Below the pieces are notes generated by a model. That model was not told where the DNA came from, made no database searches, and was given only the letters and a program-made list of their open reading frames with translations. Below are positions 1-10,906 of a stretch of DNA of 64,000 nucleotides, in pieces. Origin of the DNA: Bigelowiella natans CCMP2755 (lineage: Eukaryota > Protista > Cercozoa); contig ADNK01001400.1 of assembly GCA_000320545.1 (NCBI GenBank), positions 89,815 to 153,814 of the forward strand, given 5' to 3'. The position numbers were made by a program, and so were the translations under genes. Numbering within the stretch: position 1 is the first letter of the stretch; the number at the start of each line of letters is the position of its first letter.

Positions 1-1256
1 ACGCTCAGGTCTGCAGAAGTCGTCTGAGCTTCTACAAAGCGCGAAGAGACGGACTGTGAGCAAGGACCAGTGCATTGTCACTGAAGGTGAGGCATGATAA
101 AAGTGTATTTCAAGGCATCTTCTTATTGTATTTCATCTTCGAAGGAGATACAAGTAACTCATGCTTCTTGATCGCAATGGGATTCGTGAGCGTTGTTGAA
201 GACAGGGGACCGGTACGCCTGCAGAACGATTTGTTTTTACTCCATATTGTTCATCCAAGCTCGAATTTAAAATAAAAGGTTAAACTATTGATGGTTTGCG
301 ACACTTTTGGAGAGTTTGAAGCTATATTCGAGAAGCCCCACACAGCTACCTTCAGAGCCATAACAGGTAGAGATACGACATTTTTTAAGTTGATTTTTCA
401 GAGTCAGATTTGGTCGGTTCGGGCAGGATGATAGCACCAATAATGTGTAATCAGACGTCGAATTAGTGGAGTTTCCGGGATCTACATTGGGGTGGGTACT
501 TCGAGACTCACCCACTCTAGAGGTAGTAACCACATAGAATCATTCTCGAATTTGTCACACGTTTTGTGCTCAATATAGATGATGGCCAAAGTCTCCAAAG
601 TTCAAGAAGAAGATTGTTGGCAGGTAGTATTAACTGGATTTCTGCGCCACTCATGGTCGATTTCGTTGCGAGGGCATTGGCCAAGAACATTTTGAATTCA
701 TGTGGGTTTGGACGTCACCAAAGCGTGTGTTTTTGCATCTTAATTCTCAGGCGATGCAAGCGAACACTTGTTTTGATTCATGGTCGGCATTAAAGCTCCG
801 GCAGTTACAGTCGTGGATGTACAAAAAAGTGTACAAGGAAGGAGATGATGTTTGGGAAGCCAAACAAAGAGGTTTGTTGAAATTTTATCCTGACAACACG
901 TCAATTGCTAATTCAAAATTTTCATTTGCAGCGGAAATTTCAGTCCTAGTCGCCCATGGACGTTTTGTGTATGACAATAGTGACCAAATCCATCCGTTTG
1001 AAAGAGGGGCTTTCATTGGTACAAGAAGCTACTTACTCATCGCCAATGGTTGTAATAAGCATGTTCATTTTTTGCAGGCGAGTTTCCAAAATTAGTCGAT
1101 TTTGCTGATGAAGAACCGAAAACTGATCTGACGACTACTCTTCGCTGCATTGAACCTGGATATTGTTTCGTTTTACCGAAGGAGGGATTGCAAAAATTCT
1201 TCGAGATCAATCCTGGCGCAATGTTGCAGTTCATAAACAGAAATTTCATAGAGTAA
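1..1256 (+). CDS. 3' part of a protein with two tandem cyclic-nucleotide-binding domains (spliced, 5' end outside window)
   Basis: Manually joined exons give CIVTEG-DTSNSCFLIAMGFVSV, DVELVEF, KKVYKEGDDVWEA, VLVAHGRF..PFERGAFIG|EFPKL..TTLRCIEPGYCFVLPKEGLQKFFEINPGAMLQF..IE*. This fits the cNMP-binding beta-roll pattern twice. TAA at 1254-1256. Confidence 0.75.
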
Positions 1257-1500
1257 AATTTTCAGAGAAATGCATGAGGGTTATCTTGATCATCAATCTC
1301 TCCAACGATCCAGGCAAGATCGCACATGCATGCGTACATCGTAAGTGATTTAATCGGCCGCTGAGAGTTTTGGCAAAATGATCGTCAAACAAAGAAATGC
1401 ACTGCATCAAATAAATGAACTAATCAGTCAAAATTACCGAGCAAATTTTAATGGATGGTCTGTCAGTCATTTTTCTCTCTTTCTTTCTTTCTTTCTTTCT

Positions 1501-2580
1501 TTCTTGATCTCTCTTCTGCGTGCGTGGCTGTGCATGTGTTCACATGAATGAATGTGATCGATGACGCGCGCACATGCACATGACAGATGGGCGGGGCGAT
1601 CATCCAAATTCTTCGATGATTTTCTCCACATCTGCATTCCGCCTTTCAATGTTCCAAAACATAACCTGATCCTGTGATGACACGCATTCGCCATGCACAT
1701 GATTCTGGCACAGCTGGACAGGACACGTCGACGTGTGCTTGTCACACGCTGCACCAGCAGTTTTGTAGTTTGACATTCACCATGCCAGCATGATCCAAAC
1801 TGTCCGCAACCAGCGAGCGGCCAAAACTCCCAACTTTCCATTCGCCGTTAGCGTTGCCGCCTCGGCCCATTTCCACGATTTCATGTGGCCACATGGCTGT
1901 GCGAATTGAACAAGCACGCACGTGATGAACCTCATTGCCCTCATGAGTGCCATGCAACGTGCGCGTGTGCGTGCTTGCGCAGCGAATCACATGGGAGACG
2001 TGCGTGCACTTGCACGTGGTTGCGCCCACAATGAGCAAAAATCATTGCGAGGATTTGTCAGCACCCTGTTGGTGGTGATGGTCAAAACTGGCTGGTGTCA
2101 ACTGGCAGAAGCTGGTTGAGCTGGAAGTGGTGTGGTCGTGAGGTCCGCAGCGGGAAACAATGAAACACTGACGATGACAAACTGCACTTCCAAAGTGTTG
2201 CAAGACGCAGTGCCTCGAACAAGAACAAGAACAGGAACAACAATGAAAACTAGCTTCAGTGAGGACTAACTGGTGAAACCAGCAGGATTTCAAAAAATTG
2301 GCATTCTAGTCATTGTGGAGCAGTGCAACTAGCAGCAATGTGACAGCGACGCAAAGCACCTCCTCCAAGCAGGTGTCCAATGTTTTTTCTTAGGAACTTC
2401 CTGAAGGCTGCATCCACGCGATGGTCCACGGTCGGGTCGTCCGGAACAATGAAACAATGATGACAAACCACATTTCCAAAACGTCACAAGACATTTGCAG
2501 TGTGCGAAACGCAGTGCCTCGAACTAGCTTCAGTGAGGACTAACTGGTCCGAGGGCAGTGGGACATCGGACGGGCAGCAT
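1501..2580. other. TpA-depleted intergenic tract 1
   Basis: Manual count: 10 TA in 1080 bp, none between ~1851 and ~2250; 9 of the 10 are in CTA/TAG context; CpG is common. Confidence 0.85.
2152..2548 (+). repeat. Degenerate direct duplication (2152-2275 vs 2443-2548)
   Basis: Shared AACAATGAAACA..GATGACAAAC..TTCCAAA..CAAGAC..ACGCAGTGCCTCGAAC..AACTAGCTTCAGTGAGGACTAACTGGT. Confidence 0.85.
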
Positions 2581-2594
2581 CGAATAGATTACGA

Positions 2595-2685
2595 TGTCGT
2601 TCACATCAAAACGACATGCGTTTTATCTCGAAATACATTGCAGATCTAATAGCGCGTTATTTCTTGTCGTTCATGTCAAAACGAC
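2595..2685. repeat. Two 21-bp copies 70 bp apart, each with GTCGTT/AACGAC inverted arms
   Basis: TGTCGTTCACATCAAAACGAC (2595) and TGTCGTTCATGTCAAAACGAC (2665). Confidence 0.8.
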
Positions 2686-2840
2686 TTTCGTTTCTCGCAG
2701 TTCCTTGCAGAGCAGCGTGTGAGCAACTTCAGTGATCCAACATCGGGGGGGTGAGGAATGGTAGCAATTGGCATGTCAAGGGGAGTTTAATCCTTGTGAC
2801 CTAGGGAACGCATCGTACAACTCATAGCCGCGAATAAAGT

Positions 2841-4643
2841 ATGAACGACGTGCAGCAGAAGCTGGAGGAATGGGCCCGCAAGCGTGCCGAGAGACAAGCA
2901 AAGAAGGGAACGAAAATTGGGGAGGTTTACGATAGAATCAGACGTGGAGAGTCGGCTCATGGCATGCGAATGCCTCGCAAGGGTAGTAAAGGCCGCAGAG
3001 GGAGAAAAGACTCTGGAGTTTCCAAAGAAGTACACGGATTTTGGAATTATTCTATTTAAAACTAAAAAGATGGTGGTGTTATATAGGGGGAATACTGGAA
3101 GAACTTCTGGGGTAAAGTTGAAGATCTTAGAATAAAAGCCAAAGCACGGGATCCGTCAGCAAAAAAAGAGAAAGTATTGCACCCTTGTTCTGAACATCCA
3201 GATCAATTCCCCACATGATAAGTGTTAACTTAAATCAGGAGACGCACGGTTTAAACGGTTTAAAGGGAAGAAAGGAAGTTATGGAATCTTCGTTTAAAGT
3301 TGAAAGAGTGAATCTAGATCTCCACAGGTTTGATAGAATTGAATTTGAGATTTGGTAGTCAGATTGAAATAGACCTGAATATGAGACGTTCACGTTAGTA
3401 ACAATGGCGACTGGAAATCTGGCTCGAATGCAGAAAAAAATTTGGAAAAACTTTTCGGAAGGAAGGGAAAGAAAAAGTACGTTAAAGTTTCATCAGTATG
3501 ATGATACTATTACATTCGCAACGGATTTATTACAAATGAAGCTGAATTAATTTATTGGTTCATTTTGAATGTTGTTTTATTCAGAGCCGAGAAAACTGAA
3601 GTGTCCAACGCAGTGAAGGAAAAATTGAGATATTACCGTGACCTTGCAAGAAAGGAACTCGAGAGACGAAAATCTACCCAGTATAATAAGGAACCAAAGC
3701 CAGAAAAGATTCATAGACGGGAGCATAGTTCGTCAGAAGTCCCAACGAGCAACATGGAACGTTTTTTTAAAGAGGAGATGAAAAGATATGAAGACGCTAA
3801 AAAAAAGAAAAAGTCAAAATACAACATTCCTCGGCATATGGACGAGGCCAGGGAAACCTGTAAGAAATTTGAGGTGCGTTATTTATGTGGGTGATAATCT
3901 ATTTTGATCATTGATTACAGTTGTATCCACAGAAAGATGTAAATGCACGATGGTCGAAGTATGAGAAAGAACCAGGAGAAACACCTGGGAAACGTACTGA
4001 AGTTCAGAAATCCAAGACACCATCACCAAAATTTGAGAAAACCTCTGCTTCGGCGTATAGCAACCAAGGTATAATTGTACAGGAATACCTATGTGGCGCG
4101 AGATTCATATTCGGTATATACTAGGTGTTTCGCTGCCTTCGAAGTACGCGGCACTCTCAGTCAAGGAACTGGTGATGAGGTTGAAAAAGTTGAAGATTTC
4201 TACCGTGGGAGTTAGAGAGAAAAAGGATCTAGTTGATAAACTAGTAGAGGCAGAACAAATTGAGGAGGAGAAGCAGGCCGTGGAAAGAAAGAAAAAAGGT
4301 GCATACTTAAAAATTTGGAATATAAATTTGTGTTCATAGTCATCATAAACTTTCAGAGAAGAAGGAGCTAGAGGAAAGGATAATAAAAGAGGTCCGACGT
4401 TGGGCTCGAGGGAAAGGCATCAAAGAACTTCTAAATGAATTGCATGGAAAGCCTCGTGGACATCCACACCACCTAACTAGACTCTCCGCATTTCAACAAG
4501 TGTCCAAGATTTACAAGCGAGTGCTTGTGAAAATACACCCTGATAAGAACATGAGCACTTTTGAAAAATTGACAAGGGCCACGGAGCGGTTCAAAATAGT
4601 GAACGCTCTGTTCAATTCGTACAAAATGAGACAGAATGATTAG
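2841..4643 (+). CDS. Charged protein with SAP/HeH-like helix pair and C-terminal auxilin-type J domain (spliced, start uncertain)
   Basis: ALSVKELVMRLKKLKISTVGVREKKDLVDKL; C-terminal EVRRWARGKGIKELLNEL..VSKIYKRVLVKIHPDKN..ATERFKIVNALF with HPD motif. Confidence 0.75.
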
Positions 4644-4644
4644 C

Positions 4645-5640
4645 AGTCCCAGCATGCAAATCAAGAAAGGAAAAAATTGATGTCAACACGACTTTGTCTC
4701 CACAAATCAGAAGAGCTGAAGGGCCATCCGGTGCGTGGTGACACAACTGTGAGCCGTGATGTGCACAGAGACATGAATCGAGCTGAGGACGCACGCGCCC
4801 ATGCATCGCAATGTGCGTGTGCAGAGCCGAAACGTGCACATTCATGACTTTGTGAATCGCTGCTTGCACCAGTGCATTGTGCCTGCTGCGTGTGATGAAC
4901 CTCACATTCTAGCATTGCCCTGCCAAATGGATGGATGACGTGCAGTTGCTGATGTGGTGCCACATTGCAGATGGATTTTTCTGCACACGTGGTGCGTGCG
5001 TGGTGGCAGCCGCTCCACAGAGCTCGATCGAACATAACAGCCACGCAAGCACGCCTAGACGCCCAGACGCGCGCACACTTCGAAATGCCATGTGCAAGTG
5101 TGTGTCACCGTGCTGCTGATCCACGCTAGCTAGCTAGCACGTTCGAATGTGCTAGGAAACAATCACACGTTATTAATCGATTGGATGAGTGAATGGATGA
5201 ACGACTGTGGTTCAGTCGGCACCAACAAACAAGATCGATGCACTTGTGCTGCTGGGCTGGCGCAGCCAGGGCCGAGGATGCTCCCCTGAGCAAACAATTG
5301 ACAAGCAAGAGCGAGAGCAAACACGTGCTTCACAATCGTTTGGTCGTGGAACACAGCACTGAATCCTGATTTGAACTAATGATTGGAATGTTTCCAACGA
5401 CGGTGCAGCCGCCGAGAGAAAGGAGGAACGAGTGTGGCGAGTGTGGCTGAATGAATGGATGCAGTGTTCAAAGGAAGTGTTAGGTTCCATCTCCTCAAAG
5501 CACAGTGTCAAATCATTCCATTGATTGATTGATTGATTGAGTGGACGAATGAATGAATTGGTTCCATTGGTGCAGCCGAGGGGATCATCAGAGGTGCTCA
5601 AGTTCCGCCTCCTCAACCAGCAAGACTAGGGAGAAAAGGG
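4645..5640. other. TpA-depleted intergenic tract 2
   Basis: Manual count: 12 TA in ~1 kb, 7 in CTAG; GCTAGCTAGCTAGC at ~5125; (TTGA)n and (TGAA)n runs. Confidence 0.85.
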
Positions 5641-5768
5641 AAAAGACGAATTTTCTGTGGAATCTTCGGGTAAAACCCATTGCATTTTTACTCTGCGACA
5701 CGAATATATAGCACTTTCAACTCGGAACCCCGTGGTAGATCGGAAGCGAAAGTCACCCGAGCTGCAAC

Positions 5769-7054
5769 GATGAGGGGGAGGGCGGGGGGGTCGCAGGGTC
5801 CGCCGTGCGGTGACGGAAGCTCCAAATGTGTCTCAGTGGAATTCATCGGTTCAGACCGGGCGACGGGAATGGCGCTCATCCATCCCGCGAGCGAGCATCC
5901 GCGGGCCATCGAGATGCTGAGAGAGCTCGACACCGTGCTCCGCAAGCGGTTGGTGAAGAAACTCTTCGACCGGATGATTCAGGACGAAGACGAGTCCCTG
6001 CGATTGATTCAAGGCGCGCGCTACGAGATTTTCATCCAAGCGAGATGGAAACCATCAACAGCCTTTGATATCGTGACGGGGAAGTACATGTCCAAGGGAT
6101 TTAGCAAAGCTGCAATCCTTCGCTATGCTAGGCACCAGGCCATGAGGGATCCTCGCCTGAATGCCCGCGGTGACGATATATATTTTTCCTTTCAAAATGC
6201 TTGTTTGCGATAACGTGGTGTGAAAATATGGGGCGGAAATGGAGCTGGTTCTCATGTTCAACCTCTTGCGCCAGCATCCCCCACACATAGATAAAGCTCG
6301 TCGCTTCTAAGATTCATCAACGTACGAATCCTAATCTTCCACGCCCTCTTATTTTTTCTCTTCTTTTCTTCCTTCTTCTTCTTCATCTTCTTCTTCTTCT
6401 CCTTCACCTCCTCCTCATCCTCTTCTCTAGGCCAGAAGTATGCATTCGGCAACTACTCCATGATCATGAACTATGAGCCCGTACCTGCACAGGCCCCTCA
6501 CATCGACCTCCTCTCCCCAAGCTATCAGTTCGGCCTCGTCGTGACCGACAAAATTCCTGGCACACTCTTTCACGAGGGTAATACTCATATTCAAACGGTG
6601 GGATCCCTAATAAACACATGGCGTAGGCAGCCGTTCGGAGGGCCGCCGCCGAAGCTGGCCGAAGTGTTAGCCAAAGAGCAGCGTGCGCGTGTCCTTCTCC
6701 GTGACTTTGGCGACGTGCTGGCCTCATCATCCACGTATAACTGCATGAGAAATCACTCCTCGGTAAGCACAGGGTCGCTGATTTCTCTGCCCGGAAGCGT
6801 GGTGCACGCGGGGCCGGGAACGTCAGCGTTTCGAGCGGTGATTTTCTTTAGCGCGTCGCCAAAGGCTTGCGGCGTGGAGGAGTACCATCCTGACACGCAG
6901 TAATAGAGAATACAACACTAATGACTCTCGATCATGATTTACGCGTGATCTCTTTTTTTTTTTGCTTTTCCCTTTATTTTTTCCTTCTTAAACAGACGAG
7001 CATGTCACATTCACTGGCATGTTTATCGAAAAATCTAAATTGCTGCGACGAACG

Positions 7055-7110
<56 letters not shown>

Positions 7111-7589
7111 TACACACACGCGCGCATAGTACATAATATTGTAATAGCATGCGTTGTTGGAGCCTGGGTGGGGGCATGAATATAAAAGTCCATCTCATCA
7201 CTGTCTATCTTCCCCTCTTGGGTAGGTACTCTAGCGTCCTTCTAAGCGGCCATCTCGTGAGCTTGATGTGGCGTCAGGAAGGCGTGGGACCAGTGGAGCG
7301 ACGTTACCTTCTCACAATGCTAGCAAGCCAGATTGAAGACTGCCCTATCAGAGGCCTTTGGAGCCATTTTAGTCAGGTGACTGATATTTATCGCCGCCCA
7401 CGCAACGATGCATATGTCTTGGTTGATACTACACCTGGACTATCCTCATTATACTCGAGTTACCGCTCCATTTGCAACGAGAACATGTCAGCGTCGCTTC
7501 TGCGTCCATTGAAAGGCGTGGCAACGACAATGCGCCAGTGTGAAAGCACTGCGGGCACAAAGATACATGCTATTTACAATGCGTGTTTC

Positions 7590-7631
<42 letters not shown>

Positions 7632-8375
7632 TCTCATTCTATGCCCATTTAATTTGAAAATCTTTATTAATGTTGATGAGAATGATGGTAACATCAAATG
7701 TAGGGAGACTTCTCCGAGTTCATCCGCCGAATCGAGGTCGGGAGATTCCCGAGGGGCGTTCGGACGCGCGCCGCGTACATCGCGTCTTGCGCTGAGCAGC
7801 CCGCACTGTGTAGCTCCTCCTGCCAGCCCTTTCAAGATGAGAAAGTCGTCGAGATGAGCAATCTCACAAGAGTCTCCGCAGAGGGCCTCTACACCATGTG
7901 GGATGGCCGTGCACACGAGGTTGTGGTCTACCGACGAGGTGGTGGGGACAGCGCCAAAGTGCTCCTCTATTACCCCCCCCGCGAGGAAGACTTAAAGACC
8001 GGCGACGACAACGCCGCTCACATGTGGGAGGGGCTTAATGAGGGGGACTGCTATCGGCTGGAGATGCACCGGGAGGGGGAGGAAGGAGAGGAGGAGGAGG
8101 GGGAGTTAATGATGATGGACTTCAAGTTCGACGGGTCCAACGGGGTGTTACGAGATTCTGATGGAAAAGAGATTCGATGCAGCACGAGAAAACATCCCCC
8201 CCTCCTAACCAGTTCCTCGGCATTTGTTCGGAGGAGAAAGAGAAAGAGAGGTGCAGATTCAGTGGCTTCAGGTGTGACGCACGGCGATTCATCAGCGAGG
8301 TTCCTTGTGACGACATCAGCGGCGCAACCGGTTGGCAAACAAAGGAGACGACGATCGAGGAAACAATTTCAATGA
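5769..8375 (+). CDS. Putative 2OG-Fe(II) dioxygenase / cupin-fold protein (spliced)
   Basis: YSMIMNYEPVPAQAPHIDL (HxD) ... GSLISLPGSVVHAGPG..FRAVIFFSA (distal His and Arg) matches double-stranded beta-helix oxygenase ligand spacing; exons continue to TGA at 8375. Confidence 0.6.
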
Positions 8376-8520
8376 TGGCCGAAGCTCTGAAAGCGAACAA
8401 AATTGAGGCTGTGACCGCACACTATGATGCATGCAAACACGCACCTCAGCTGTCAGTATTGAGCGAAACTGGCTCAAACCGAAGTGTTTCACATTATAAC
8501 ATTGACGTTTCACCGCAGCG

Positions 8521-9300
8521 CAAGCACAGGCATCGCTGAATCGTGCCAGTCTAGCAGTGGCCCGGCATTTTTTTTTTCACCACCACGTCTAGACGTGCTA
8601 GCGTGTGCACAGCGCTAGTGCACTAGAGCGACCACAATTGCAACACGTGTCCCGTGCATTGCGCGCGATGTGACAGCCAAGCACACCGCAAAGGGCCAGC
8701 TGGCGATCCTTTCACGTGTGAGGACTGGAGGAGCTGATGCACGCTGATCGACAAGCATCCCTTCTGGCCTTGTTCGTCCCAGATCAAGCACAGAATCACA
8801 GTGGCAGTGTCAATAGGCCGACGCAACACCAGTGCAATCAGTGCGAGCTTCACCGCTAGGTCACGCTGCGTGTGGTGTGCTGCTGTGGACTGTCGATCGC
8901 GCCTGCTAGCCTGGCTAGCTAGCTAGCTGGTGAGCCAGTGAGCTAGCTGGTGAGCCAGTGAGGGCCAGAGGGTGGCCGCACTTTCACGCACCACCACACG
9001 ACATTGCAGCAGCGTCGCAAAAGTGAATGAATCCATCGAAGCGGTTCGGCAGGAACAGTTGAAAGGGTCGTGTGCCACGCTGACTCACATGCCCGTGACC
9101 TGACGAACTGGATCCCCGAAGCAAGACATTGGTGCATCGCATCACATGAGCGAACTAATGGGTGACAGAAGCAGTTCATCAGGAGCAGCTGAGAGGATCA
9201 TGACTCACGCCAACTCATCCGTGACCTCCCCAATCAACTGGATTCCCTGAGAATCGGTTCGGCTTCACATCAGCATGCCTCGGCTTTGGACCCAGCACGT
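8521..9300. other. TpA-depleted intergenic tract 3
   Basis: Manual count: 13 TA in 780 bp, 11 in CTAG, the others ATAG and CTAA; 20-bp tandem AGCTAGCTGGTGAGCCAGTG x2 at 8921-8960. Confidence 0.9.
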
Positions 9301-9475
9301 CGGTGCGGCGACTACTAGGGGTGGAAAGGAAGAATCTTCCCGGTTTTTGTGGTAGCTCCGAGCGTTCAGTCCATGCGACATGGCATCAGAGCGCAAATCA
9401 TGATTTTCCCGCATGTTGTGGTCTGACATCTCAAAAACCCCGGAACTCTCATAATCTTCTTACTTCGCTTCGCGG

Positions 9476-10256
9476 ATGGAGGTGGAGGAGATCGCTCTAC
9501 AGCATGGTCTGCTTTACATGAAGCACTTTTCGAATGACTTCCAACCGCTTTTGGAGGAGCCCCTTTTGGTCAGCCTCTCACAAATCTGATTGAAATCTCG
9601 GTAGGCGCGTGTTAAGAGAGTGACGAACTCTTGGAAGAAGGGATGCAAGACAATTTTTAAGGTTGGGGGTGATGGGACTACTTTCTACCTTGTCACCGAT
9701 TCTGGTGTTAAATTGATGAGGCGTGCCCAGACCACATCGAACCAACAGACTCAAGAAGACCAAAAGGAAGAAAAGAGCCAGAGGCAGCGCAGGTTCTACT
9801 TACTTTTTGCGCGGGTGGATTTCCGACATCGATGTCAACAGATCGAGTATAATTTAGTTCTGTGTTCTCGACAACTAAATGTCATATACCTTTAGGAAGA
9901 AGTTTAAGTCAAAGTTGAGCCACGCAGAGTGGATTCGCTTCGCCAGAAAAAAAAAGCGCGCAATGACTAAGATCTTCCGCAAAAAACCTGCTGCCCGTAC
10001 AAGTGAAGATGGTGGAGCTTCAGGTGGCCCACAGCTAGAAGAGGAATATTCCACAGAATCGGTTCTGGACAGACGGTGGCGTGGAAATCGTTGGGAGTAT
10101 AGAGTTAAGTGGAAAGGGTATAAAAAGCACACGTGGGAACCAATCGAAAACTTGACTAGCGATGGAGTGCACAACAAAGATCTTCTCCACTTTCTTAAAG
10201 TTACCGGTGGAACTTTGAATGACGTTCCGCGCAGCAAAGATTTAAAGCAGAAATAA
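9476..10256 (+). CDS. Small chromodomain protein (two predicted introns)
   Basis: EEYSTESVLDRRWRGNRWEYRVKWKGYKKHTWEPIENL is a chromodomain with aromatic cage residues; upstream exons join in frame via GT-AG introns 9569-9604 and ~9793-9895. Confidence 0.8.
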
Positions 10257-10460
10257 GATTCCAACAATTTAAGGTGGGCATCGTGGCCCACACGCAGGAA
10301 TTAAGTTTGCCTTCATGGGGTTGTGTTTTGCTTCCTGCTGAAAGCAGCAAAGAGATCTAGAGATTGCTCACACGTTACTAGTCCAGTCACAGCAACCTGA
10401 TAGCTTCGTCACACAAACTACAACATACACAGCGCTGAGCGTACATTGGTGGAAAATAAT

Positions 10461-10512
10461 AATGCTGGCGCATGAATATGGCTGCCAATGCTGGCGCATG
10501 AATATGGCTGCC
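10461..10512 (+). repeat. 26-bp perfect tandem duplication
   Basis: AATGCTGGCGCATGAATATGGCTGCC x2. Confidence 0.9.
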
Positions 10513-10906
10513 AGTGTAAACACGTATCCAGCTTTGCTCGTCACACATCTGCACGACTATGCATGACATGCTAGCATGGCGGTGCGCGTAGCATTATAAT
10601 TATGTTGCCTTTCAGGCTGCCCGAGCGCCACTGATGTGCACTCCTTGCGTTTATTTATTACACATTCATTGTGCATAGCGATGTAACATGGCAGCGAGGT
10701 TCTGCTGGCAGATGTGACTTCGATTACGATACATGCCGTTGCTAGCCTTGGCAAAAAAATCACGCTTATACAAGCTCCACCCTCATTTCATGTGCTACGC
10801 CAACATGCAGATCATGGGAAATGTAGTCCCATGCCCAGGTCTAGCAGGTTGCATGGCCACAATGCTGTGTCCGTCACGGAGCATAGGCAAATCGTCATAA
10901 TAAAAG

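Noticed and set aside
1501-9300. CpG methylation decay or fungal RIP as the cause of TG/CA richness
   Set aside because: CpG is plentiful in the tracts and TpA is depleted; RIP would raise TpA.
9879-10256. Chromovirus (Ty3/gypsy) integrase remnant
   Set aside because: No integrase or RT motifs or LTRs seen; the chromodomain joins upstream exons through canonical introns.
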